A stretch of DNA of 64,000 bases from the NCBI GenBank assembly GCA_050696355.1, contig JBOGVD010000102.1:1027-65026 (forward strand), given 5' to 3'. The translations under genes were made by a program, and so were the position numbers. Shown here piece after piece: positions 9,562-17,672 of this stretch. This stretch comes from Actinomycetota bacterium (GTDB taxonomy: Bacteria > Actinomycetota > UBA4738 > HRBIN12). Every line of letters starts with the position of its first letter. Positions within the stretch are counted from its first letter, which is position 1. Under the pieces are notes generated by a model, which did no database searches, was not told the DNA's origin, and saw only the letters and a list, made by a program, of their open reading frames with translations.

Positions 9562-10272
9562 ATGTCGAACACGGGGGGACCCCAGAGCCCGAGGAGGCTC
9601 ACCAACGTCCTCCTGGATTCGCTTCCCCCCGTCGAGAGAACTCCTCTTCTCGACAGGGGTGACGTCGTTTCCCTCGACGTCGAGTACGTCCTCTACGAAC
9701 CGGGCGAGCCCATGGATCACGTCCACTTCCCGCTGTCTTGCGTCGTCTCACTTCTCACGACGTTGTCGACTGGTCTCAACATCGAGACGGCCACGATCGG
9801 TCGAGAGGGCATGGTCGGGCTCGACCTCTTCCTCGGGGCCGATCGGAGCCCGAACGTCCGAGCGGTCGTGCAGATGCCCGGCGCCGCCCTTCGCATCGCG
9901 ACATCCGGCTTCCGCGGGGCAATGGACGAAGCAAAGCTCTCTCACGCCTTGCGGGCCTACTCGCGGACGCTACTTCTCCAAGCCACGCAGACGGTCGCGT
10001 GCAATCAGGCGCACACGACTTCGGAGCGCCTGGCCAGATGGCTCCTGCAGACCAGCGACCGCACCGGCAAGGAGGAGATCCCGCTCACCCACCAGTTCCT
10101 CTCCGAGGTGATCGGTGTGAGACGTGCCTCGATCTCGGAAGCGGTGAGCGAGCTCAGGGTCCGGGGCGCGGTGACCAGCCGTCGGGGAGGGATACGCATC
10201 CTCGACCGCGCCTCACTCGAGGACGCGGCCTGCGAGTGCTACGGACTCATCCGACGAGAGAACTCAGTCTGA
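9562..10272 (+). CDS. Crp/Fnr family transcriptional regulator
   Basis: ATG 9562 preceded by GGAGGTGA. cNMP-binding-like barrel (..YVLYEPGEPMDHVHFPLSCVVSLL..IGREGMVG..) and C-terminal HTH (THQFLSEVIGVRRASISEAVSELRVRGAV). Confidence 0.85.
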   Translation: MSNTGGPQSPRRLTNVLLDSLPPVERTPLLDRGDVVSLDVEYVLYEPGEPMDHVHFPLSCVVSLLTTLSTGLNIETATIGREGMVGLDLFLGADRSPNVRAVVQMPGAALRIATSGFRGAMDEAKLSHALRAYSRTLLLQATQTVACNQAHTTSERLARWLLQTSDRTGKEEIPLTHQFLSEVIGVRRASISEAVSELRVRGAVTSRRGGIRILDRASLEDAACECYGLIRRENSV

Positions 10273-10305
10273 CACCGAGTCCGGCGACGGCGATGGCGGC
10301 GCTCT

Positions 10306-10582
10306 CTGCAGGCGCAGGCGTATGTTGAGCCTCTGGCGGGAGCCGGTGGCCCATCAAGGACCTGGCAGAGCGCCCACGTCGGGGCGATCCAGGGCTACGT
10401 GTCCGATGGCGACCGAGTGTGAGAGGCGACGGTCGAGACTTCATCGACGAAGCACACCCGAGCGTAGTCTGCTGACCCAATCACAGATAGGTCGAGCGGG
10501 TGGGGAACTGACGCAGAAGGCCATTCGGATGCTGAAGCCTGAAGCGCGAAAGCCCCATCGCCGACGCGCCTCACAAGTCCGG
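10306..10582 (+). pseudogene. decayed HTH-like gene remnant, copy 2 (multiple frameshifts and stops)
   Basis: Its 5' part (10306-10390) matches copy 3 and its 3' part (10386-10582) matches copy 1. The coding sense (..WPIKDLAER.. / ..GYVSDGDRV* / ..GRAGGELTQKAIRML..) is scattered over three frames. Confidence 0.5.
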
Positions 10583-10782
10583 ATCGGATCGCCCTCTGTT
10601 GCAGAACAAGCGCGGTGCCGCTCGGTACTCTGAGCCTCTCAATCCGGCACGAAAGCGGGCTCTTCTCGTACATGCCCTGGTCACGGGGACGACGGATCCT
10701 TGGATGCACAGAACTCAAATGGTCAAGTCATGGGGAACACGGGCACAGGAGGATGTCCCACACCGTTTCCTAAACCGTGTGC

Positions 10783-10810
10783 GCAGGTTCGATTCCTGCC
10801 GGGGGCACCA
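10783..10810 (+). other. tRNA 3'-end stub (T-arm + acceptor 3' strand + CCA), att-like remnant
   Basis: GCAGG-TTCGATT-CCTGC (T-arm) followed by CGGGGGC-A-CCA. No complementary GCCCCCG 5' acceptor strand or D/anticodon arms upstream, so this is a fragment and not a gene. Confidence 0.6.
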
Positions 10811-10980
10811 TCCGATGCGCACCATCCGATGTCATGGGCTCGCGGACGATGGCGTCTGGAGGGTGCATCTCGAAGCGGGGAGGCGACGAAGCTTCTCGAC
10901 CGCGGATACGGGGAGCCCGCTGTTTCCTCGGACGGCCGCCGCATCGTCCTCGTCGGGGCCACCGAGGAACCGGGCGACCC

Positions 10981-11065
10981 CTGCAGGCGCGGCCGTATGT
11001 CGAACGTCTGGCGGGAGCCGGTGGCCCATCAAGGACCTGGCAGAGCGCCCACGTCGGGGCGATCC
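10981..11065 (+). repeat. copy 3 of the HTH-like remnant (5' part only)
   Basis: 10981-11065 parallels 10306-10390. The 58 nt at 11008-11065 are identical to 10333-10390 (CTGGCGGGAGCCGGTGGCCCATCAAGGACCTGGCAGAGCGCCCACGTCGGGGCGATCC). Confidence 0.7.
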
Positions 11066-11327
11066 TAAGCAGCACGGACAGCGCGTCTCAAGGGCAGGAA
11101 CGATCAGGGCTCGTCTGAGGCTGCCCCCAGTGATGTCGGGGATCAGAGATGACTCCTTCTGCCTTGGGCTCCCCCTTCTCGCGCCCCGCTGACAGGTCTC
11201 CCGCTGTTAGGCCTGAGATTCCGACCCCTTTCACCGAATCCCTCCGTCGGACTCGAGAATGGATCGCTCGGAACCTTGGCCCCTCGCCCGGCGTCATCTT
11301 CACGCATCTCCAAGAACGGGAGGCGTG

Positions 11328-12137
11328 ATGCGTGTTCGTCGGTTGGTCACCATCTTGATAGTGCCTCTGCTCGCGGTTCCTGCCTTGGCGGGCACCGCCT
11401 CAGCGGGCGGCTCTTGGCTCGTACCCGAGCGCTCCGCACTAGTGCCGGCGGAGACCGCGGTGTTCGAAGGCGATTTCAGCAGCGGGTCCTTGGAGGGCCG
11501 CATATCGGACGGCCCCTATCTTGCCTTCCTCCTCCCGCAAGCCCGCTGGATGCAGGGCCATGTCGTGCCGCCCGCGGCGATCCAGCTGGGGGAGCTGGAA
11601 ATCGTCCGTACGAACGAATATCTATTCCACGCTCGCGTGGAGTTCGAGGTGCCGAACGTCCCGCCGGGCCTGTACCACATCCAGTACTGCAACGAGCCGT
11701 GCACTGTGGACGGGATCGGCGACCTCATCGGTAGCGAGTACTTCGCGATCGGCACGACGCGAACGGAAGCCCGGTTGCTGATCCTCACGCAGCGTCTCCG
11801 CTGGAAGCTCGACGAGGCCCGGGCTCGGGCCGGCCAGGAAGCGCTCACCGAGCGAGAGCGCCTCGAGGATGAATCGAGTGCGCAGACGTACACCCTGAGG
11901 GCAGCTGAGGTCCGGGCAGGAGAGCTGGCCGGCGAACTCGATCGGACACGCCTCGCCTTGCGGGTCGAGCGCTCGAGGTCATCAGGGGGGCCGGTGGCCG
12001 GCGCGCTGCTGCTGCTGATTCTGGCTCTGCTCTCCCTCGTCCTCGTCATGGCGACACGCCTGCGTCGGGTTCGCGTCGACGCGGAGCTCCATGCCCTGAC
12101 GATCGAGCAACCAGCCCGCGTTGACCAATTGAGCTGA
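11328..12137 (+). CDS. secreted, C-terminally anchored coiled-coil protein with CNEPCT motif (uncharacterised family, paralogue of 47121..47993)
   Basis: ATG 11328 preceded by GGGAGG. Signal peptide MRVRRLVTILIVPLLAVPALAGTASA, beta-rich domain ending ..GLYHIQYCNEPCTVDG.., Glu/Arg-rich coiled coil, TM helix GALLLLILALLSLVLVMA, short tail. Confidence 0.6.
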   Translation: MRVRRLVTILIVPLLAVPALAGTASAGGSWLVPERSALVPAETAVFEGDFSSGSLEGRISDGPYLAFLLPQARWMQGHVVPPAAIQLGELEIVRTNEYLFHARVEFEVPNVPPGLYHIQYCNEPCTVDGIGDLIGSEYFAIGTTRTEARLLILTQRLRWKLDEARARAGQEALTERERLEDESSAQTYTLRAAEVRAGELAGELDRTRLALRVERSRSSGGPVAGALLLLILALLSLVLVMATRLRRVRVDAELHALTIEQPARVDQLS

Positions 12138-12217
12138 GGGCAGTACGGCTAACCCAGGACGCCCCTCGATCAACGGGGATCGCCGGCGGCGGCTCCGACT
12201 GCCGGTAGCATCGCAGA

Positions 12218-14281
12218 ATGACTCAGGGGTCCGCGAATCCTAGGACGACGCAGAGCGGATGGCAAAAGCTAGTTCTTCTGAGTTGTCTGATGCTCTTCTT
12301 GGAGCTGGCACTGATCCGCTTGGTCGCGGCACACAACGTCTATGTGCGCTATTTCACGAACTTCGTTCTCCTCGCCAGCTTCCTCGGTATCGGGCTCGGG
12401 TTCTTGCGCGCGAACTCGAAGCGAGATTCCTTCTTGTCATTGCCCTTCTTCCTGCTCCTCGCCATCGCCTTCGTGATCCTCTTCCCCGTGGGGCAGCGTA
12501 GTGGTGCCACCCACGGCTCGTTCGGCACACCATCCCTCCCGGAATGGCTCTCCCTGCCGCTGATATTCATCCTCGTATCGCTCGTCATGATGGCCTCGGC
12601 GGCTGGCGTCGCTCGCGCATTCGTCACCTTCCGTCCCCTGCATGCCTACCGTCTTGACATCATCGGAAGCATCCTTGGGATCATCCTCTTCACGATCGCC
12701 TCGATCCTCCGGCTGCCGCCGGTCGCTTGGGTACTCGCTGTCGCCCTTCTCTTCGGCGCGACGATAGGCCGGCGCGCAACACCAGGCCATTGGGTGGCCC
12801 TCGGGTTGGCAACCGCTCTGCTGGGCGTGCAGTGGCAGATCTCTGGCGATATCTGGTCTCCCTACTATCGAGTGGACGTCGAAGCACGCCAACGCGATGG
12901 AAGAACGCCGATCTTCGTGAACGGGACCCCACACCAATCCATCTGGACCTTGGAGGATCTGGTGAGAGAACAGCCCTTCTACGGCTACCCGTATCGTCAC
13001 ATCCCGGACAACCCGCTGGACGAGGTGCTCATCATCGGGGCCGGCTCCGGCAACGACGTCGCCCTTGCTCTCGCCCGCGGCGCGGGGCATGTCGACGCAG
13101 TCGAGATAGACCCGGTCCTCCTGGAGTTAGGTCGAGAGCGCCATCCGCACCGGCCATATCAAGACACGCGGGCCCGTGATCACGTGGAGGATGGCCGAGC
13201 GTTCCTCGAGCGGAGCGATCGGAAATATGACCTCATCCTCTTCGCTCTTCCGGACTCGCTCGTCCTCGTAGCAGGGCAGGGATCGCTCAGGCTCGAGAGC
13301 TTCTTGTTCACGAGAGAAGCCTTCGACGCCGTGCGGTCCCACCTCAAACCCGAAGGTGCATTCTCCATGTACAACTATTACCGCCCAGACGTTTTCGCTC
13401 GGTACGCGGCGACCCTTACAGACGTCTTCGATTCGCGCCCGTGCTTGGATGTGGGGGAACCGGGAGCAGGGGCCAACCGTCAAGCGGTGCTTACCATCTC
13501 TGCCCAACCGGATGTCTTACGGTGCTCGACGTTCTGGGTTCCTCCTCGGCTTGTCCCACGCCCAGCGACCGACAACTATCCCTTCCCTTACGCCCAGGGC
13601 TGGGGGTTATCGACCTTCTACATCGTTTCGCTGGCATCTCTGCTCCTAGGTTCTGCAGTCGCGATCCGACGCTTCGGACATGTGGAGGTGGCCGATGCGC
13701 GCCGATACCTGGATCTTTTCTTCATGGGCGCAGCGTTCCTCCTATTGGAAACGAAGAGCGTCGTGCAATTCGCTCTGCTCTTCGGGACAACGTGGCTCGT
13801 GAATTCACTCGTCTTCGCCGGCATCCTCGTGTCCGTCCTTCTCGCCATCGAGATCGCGGAGAGGGTGAAGCGGCTCCGTCCGGGGCTTCTCTACACGGCG
13901 CTGCTCGTCTCCCTCGGAGTGGCATGGGTGGTCAGACCCGAGCAACTTCTCGGTCTTTCGCCTGTGACCAGATTCGTAGCAGCCACGACCATCACATTTG
14001 CCCCGATCTTCTTCGGGAACCTCATCTTTGCAGAGCGGTTCAGGTCTGTAAGCTCCTCAACGACGGCCTTCGGCATCAACCTCTTAGGAGCGATCCTCGG
14101 CGGCGTCCTCGAGTACAGCAGCGTGGTCGTCGGATATAGGGGGCTGATCTTGGTTGTCGCCGCCGCGTACACCGCCGCCTATCTGCTACGCCCAGCCCAG
14201 GGCCCCGCTCACACGCCCAACGTTCTTGAGTGTGCTGGTGAACGAGACCCGACAAGACCAGGGCCGAGCCGCCATCCTTGA
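12218..14281 (+). CDS. polytopic membrane protein with spermidine-synthase-like (class I methyltransferase fold) domain
   Basis: 687 aa. N-terminal and C-terminal clusters of TM helices flank VLIIGAGSGNDVALALARGAGHVDAVEIDPVLLELGRE..YDLILFALPDS. Confidence 0.8.
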   Translation: MTQGSANPRTTQSGWQKLVLLSCLMLFLELALIRLVAAHNVYVRYFTNFVLLASFLGIGLGFLRANSKRDSFLSLPFFLLLAIAFVILFPVGQRSGATHGSFGTPSLPEWLSLPLIFILVSLVMMASAAGVARAFVTFRPLHAYRLDIIGSILGIILFTIASILRLPPVAWVLAVALLFGATIGRRATPGHWVALGLATALLGVQWQISGDIWSPYYRVDVEARQRDGRTPIFVNGTPHQSIWTLEDLVREQPFYGYPYRHIPDNPLDEVLIIGAGSGNDVALALARGAGHVDAVEIDPVLLELGRERHPHRPYQDTRARDHVEDGRAFLERSDRKYDLILFALPDSLVLVAGQGSLRLESFLFTREAFDAVRSHLKPEGAFSMYNYYRPDVFARYAATLTDVFDSRPCLDVGEPGAGANRQAVLTISAQPDVLRCSTFWVPPRLVPRPATDNYPFPYAQGWGLSTFYIVSLASLLLGSAVAIRRFGHVEVADARRYLDLFFMGAAFLLLETKSVVQFALLFGTTWLVNSLVFAGILVSVLLAIEIAERVKRLRPGLLYTALLVSLGVAWVVRPEQLLGLSPVTRFVAATTITFAPIFFGNLIFAERFRSVSSSTTAFGINLLGAILGGVLEYSSVVVGYRGLILVVAAAYTAAYLLRPAQGPAHTPNVLECAGERDPTRPGPSRHP

Positions 14282-15234
14282 CGGATTCCACCACGGGGAG
14301 CGGCGCCTACTAGATCGTGGTCGCTGTCCTTGACAACGAGGATCCTCCGCCCTTTCTCACGAGGAAGGACCCGGACGTGCGACGGCACGGTCGTCGCGAG
14401 ACGTGGGTCCATTGACGAGTGCAAGAAGGATCCTTGGATTCATCGAGGAGCCGTCGTAGCCCGTCCGTCTCTCGGCGTCCATGACTGCCAGCAGCCTGAG
14501 CGGAACCCTCTCGAGCACCCATCCTCCGCAGGGTGAGAGGAACGCCGAGGGTCGGGACACCCCGGAACGTTGCGTTGGCCGGTGGTGCCTCCGTTGGCAC
14601 CCATCGGCGGGTCGACGGAATCGTTCGGTGGTCGTGGCGTCCGTTCTGGATGGGACCGACTCGGGTCCACCGACTACTCGGGTCCACCGAAATGAGGGGG
14701 AGTCGATGGATGCGACGCGCTCTGCTCCAAGACGGACGTGGTTGTCGTGGCATCACGTGGCGCACCGGAGCGCTGCTCGGCGTCGCGGCCGCCGTTGTCA
14801 TGGGCATGTTCGCCATGCTCGCCTCGGCGACGTACCACGACACCGGGTTCTTCACGCCACTGCATCACATCGCTTCTGCGCTGATAGAGCCGAACGCCAT
14901 GATGCGGTCGATGGAGGCCGGGATGGCCGGCGACACCTTCACCATATCGGTGGGACCGGCCCTGCTCGGCTTGACGCTGCACCTCGCCACCGGCGCCTTC
15001 TGGGGAGCGATCTTCGAGCTGCCGGCCCGGGCACGTCGATGGTTCGAGCGCCATCTGCTCGACTGCGAGGACTGCTGGCGGGAGGTCCTGCCTCGGTCGC
15101 TTCGGTATGCGGGTCGCGGAGGACGCGCGCGAGCCTGTCCCGGTCGGGCTCCGGGACAGGGTGCGGGCCGCGGTCCTCCTCTCCTCCGACTGAGCCCCCA
15201 GCCGCGCCGGCTCCGCTCGGGAGCGTCGAGCCCC

Positions 15235-15423
15235 TCAACCGCCGTGCGCATGCGGCTGGGCGAGCGACTGACGGAGCTCCTGTCGGAGGCAGCGGTAACA
15301 GATGACGTTCGAGCAGTCGGCGCTCTCGCAGAAGGCGCAGAGGTCGATCAGAGAGCCGCAGCGCGTACAGCGGTGGAGACGCTCGCGGCTCGCCCCTAGA
15401 ACGGCCGGCGACTGATCGGCCAT
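15235..15423 (-). CDS. Cys-rich mini-protein (CxxC..CAFCE..DC..ICYR..PHAHGG), partner of rhodanese-CBS, copy 1
   Basis: ORF 15235..15426. ATG 15423 overlaps the TGA of the upstream gene (TGATG). Paralogue at 37179..37349 with the same Cys spacing and the same PHAHGG C-terminus. Confidence 0.6.
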   Translation of the reverse strand: MADQSPAVLGASRERLHRCTRCGSLIDLCAFCESADCSNVICYRCLRQELRQSLAQPHAHGG

Positions 15424-16142
15424 CACTCCTCCTCGGCCTCGTGACGGTGCCCGTGGAGCTCGAGCGCGGCTCTGACGGCGTCCTCTTTCCTCAGCAGTCC
15501 GATCAATCGCCCATCCGACGAGGTGATCGGGGAGCTTGCCAGGTCATGGTCCATCATGAACCCGGCCAGCTCCTCGATCGGAACGTTGGGCCGGAAGGTG
15601 CTCGGTCCCGGTCGCATGACATGTTCCGCGGGCTCGTCGGCGCTCTCATCCAGCTGTGCCGCGCGCAGGAGCCCGAGGACGATCCGTTCCTCGTTCACCA
15701 CGACACAGGTGTCCCAGCCGGCGGCGTGGACGCGACTGCGGACCTCGCCGATCCGCTCGTCCAGGCGACAGGTGGGCACGTCGGCCCGGGCGACATCCCT
15801 CGCGCTCGGTCTCTCCGCCTTCGTGCCCTCGGTCGGTAGGCCGGCCGCGAGCCAGTCGGCTATCCCATCGACGTAGTCGTACACCTCGGAGAACCCGAGG
15901 CTCTCGAGCCGCCACGCGGCTCGCGGGCTGAGGTCTCAGGCCGAGTCCCAGCAATAGACGAGGATCGGCCGCGATGAGTCGAGCCGTGCCCTCGCCTCGG
16001 TCTCGATCTTCCGGAGCGGCAGGTTGATCGCCCCGGGGAGGTGATCCTCCTCGAATTCCTCCGGGCCAAGCACGTCGACGACCTGAACCCCTCGGTCGAT
16101 CAGCGCTCGGACCTGCGTGCGTTCGTGCACCTCGTGTGCCAT
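15423..16142 (-). CDS. rhodanese-CBS pair fusion protein with in-frame TGA (candidate selenocysteine at codon 69), copy 1
   Basis: ATG 16142 preceded by GGAGG. Track ORFs 15936..16244 and 15423..15884 are in the same frame, separated only by TGA 15936-15938. The reading is ..PILVYCWDSA-TGA-DLSPRAAWRLESLGFSEVYDYVDGIADWLAAGLPTEG (rhodanese completed), followed by two CBS motifs. Confidence 0.55.
15905..15923 (-). promoter_or_regulatory. hairpin 12 nt downstream of the in-frame TGA (candidate bacterial SECIS), copy 1
   Basis: CGAGCCGC-GUG-GCGGCUCG: 8-bp stem with GU in the apical loop. Identical in the paralogue, while flanking codons differ synonymously. Confidence 0.4.
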
Positions 16143-16445
16143 CGACTGTCCTCCGGGTAGTCGACCTACGAGCAGACTACGCCCACATGGAACGGACGCA
16201 CCAGTCGCCGCGCGATTCCCATCGGACCCGACCAGACGCCGCATGGGGAGTGGCGTCGTCCAACTTCAGTCTCAGGTGGCGGGTACTTGACGAGCCTGGC
16301 GCGCCCGGCACGAGACCGGCTCGCGCGGGTCGTTCCCGGTTGTCGCATGGATCCGAACGAGCGCTGCTGCTCTGCAGACTCTGAACCCTTCCTGGATCGC
16401 GCCCGTACTCCTATAAGAATCTGAAGGTGAACGAAGGGAGATGTC

Positions 16446-16724
16446 ATGCGCAGGGCAAAGCGGATCCTCCTCGTCGCCGCCGCGGTCATGGGATCGGTGG
16501 CGGTCCCGGTCGGAGGAGCCTCGGCGCACGTCCACGGCATCACGCCGCTCCTGGCGTGCGGCAACACCGCGGTCAACGGCGCGAACCGCACCGACTCGAC
16601 GCCGGCGGCCGCGGCGAACGGCGGGCCCATCACCGGACTGATCCCGCGCGACGTGGGGAACGCGCCGCTGACGGTGGGCGACGGTGGGTTCGACGCTGCA
16701 GCCGTGGGCCACTGCCAGAGCTGA
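16446..16724 (+). CDS. small secreted protein, unknown function
   Basis: 92 aa, ATG preceded by GAAGGGAG. Signal peptide MRRAKRILLVAAAVMGSVAVPVGGASA and two Cys (..LLACGNT.., ..GHCQS). Confidence 0.5.
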   Translation: MRRAKRILLVAAAVMGSVAVPVGGASAHVHGITPLLACGNTAVNGANRTDSTPAAAANGGPITGLIPRDVGNAPLTVGDGGFDAAAVGHCQS

Positions 16725-16801
16725 GTCGCCGATCCGCGTGCCGCGGTCAGGGCATCCGCGTGAAGACGATGACCGGATCCGGTCGTGGATAAGCTGGCGG
16801 C

Positions 16802-17446
16802 ATGGGGGAGGACCCGCTCAGCCAGGTCGACCGCACCATCAGCGCCCTCCAGGATCCGACGAGGCGGCGGATCCTGCTCGACTTCTTCGTCCACCAGCCC
16901 GAATGGACGTCGGCCGAGGTCGCCGAGACCGTCGGGGTCCACCGGACCGTCGCCCACGGCCATCTCGAGCGGCTCGTCGCGCTCGGGTATCTGGTGTCGA
17001 GCCAGCGCCGAGGGACCTCCGGCAAGCCGGCCAAGCTCTATCGGCTGGCCGGACGACAGATTGATCTCAGCTATCCGGTGAGGCGGTTCGCCCGACTGTC
17101 CGCGCTGCTCGCGGAAGGTCTCCGAAGCGCTCGTGATGGCACCCGGCTCGCACGCGAGGCAGGCCGCCGGTACGGCGCGTCCCTGGTCAGCACACACGCG
17201 GACTCCCCCGGATCCGTCCTCGCCCAGTTGGCCCCGCTCGGCGCCAAGTACTCGCTCACCGGTGACGAGGTGCGTGCCGACAACTGCATCTTCCGCCAGG
17301 CGTGCGAGGCCGCCGAAGAAGTCGTGTGTGAGCTGCACGCCGGCATCCTCGAAGGTGCTTTCCAGAGGGCGGGACTTGGGCTTCGCACTGAGGCCTTCCG
17401 CAACTACGCGGAGAATGGGTGCGCCTACCGCCTCTTGACCGTCTGA
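16802..17446 (+). CDS. winged-helix (ArsR-like) transcriptional regulator with Cys-containing C-terminal domain
   Basis: 214 aa. ISALQDPTRRRILLDFF..WTSAEVAETVGVHRTVAHGHLERLVALGYLV, then ..NCIFRQACEAAEEVVCELHAGILEGAF... Paralogues at 41074..41781 (intact) and 27900..28380 (decayed). Confidence 0.8.
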   Translation: MGEDPLSQVDRTISALQDPTRRRILLDFFVHQPEWTSAEVAETVGVHRTVAHGHLERLVALGYLVSSQRRGTSGKPAKLYRLAGRQIDLSYPVRRFARLSALLAEGLRSARDGTRLAREAGRRYGASLVSTHADSPGSVLAQLAPLGAKYSLTGDEVRADNCIFRQACEAAEEVVCELHAGILEGAFQRAGLGLRTEAFRNYAENGCAYRLLTV

Positions 17447-17458
17447 TGGAGCGGATGA

Positions 17459-17482
17459 TATAGAGGCTCCATAGCCTCTATA
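17459..17482. promoter_or_regulatory. AT-rich inverted repeat TATAGAGGCT-N4-AGCCTCTATA (candidate operator or hairpin), copy A
   Basis: Perfect 10-bp arms, 13 nt after the regulator stop. The same arms recur at 27876-27899. Confidence 0.6.
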
Positions 17483-17672
17483 CCCTCCTGCTGATGCCCC
17501 GGGAGGTGGCGCGCCCCTTGAGTCTGGCCTCGATCGGGTACGTGATTCGGTCCTGTCACGAAGATCACCTTCCGCTGCGCGCGTGCCCCAGATGCGGGCC
17601 GCGCGGGGACGAAGCCCTCCACCTCGCCCGTCTTCACGAACCGATTCTCGCGCTGCACGACGTCCGGGAGGG

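Noticed and set aside
10736-10810. Possible complete tRNA gene ending in ..GGTTCGATTCCTGCCGGGGGCACCA.
   Set aside because: I could not build the 5' acceptor strand (GCCCCCG is absent), a D-arm or a 5+7+5 anticodon arm from the upstream 50 nt. Only the T-arm, acceptor 3' strand and CCA are present, so it is called a stub.
15936-15938. Alternative explanations for the in-frame TGA: genome-wide TGA reassignment, or two independent genes (short rhodanese + CBS protein).
   Set aside because: Reassignment is rejected because many genes here, including both cassette genes themselves, terminate at TGA, often in ATGA/GTGA overlaps. The two-gene reading is not excluded but disfavoured. The stop bisects the rhodanese fold, and copy 2 has 47 conserved in-frame codons after the TGA with no start codon. 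A shared ancestral nonsense mutation remains the null hypothesis.
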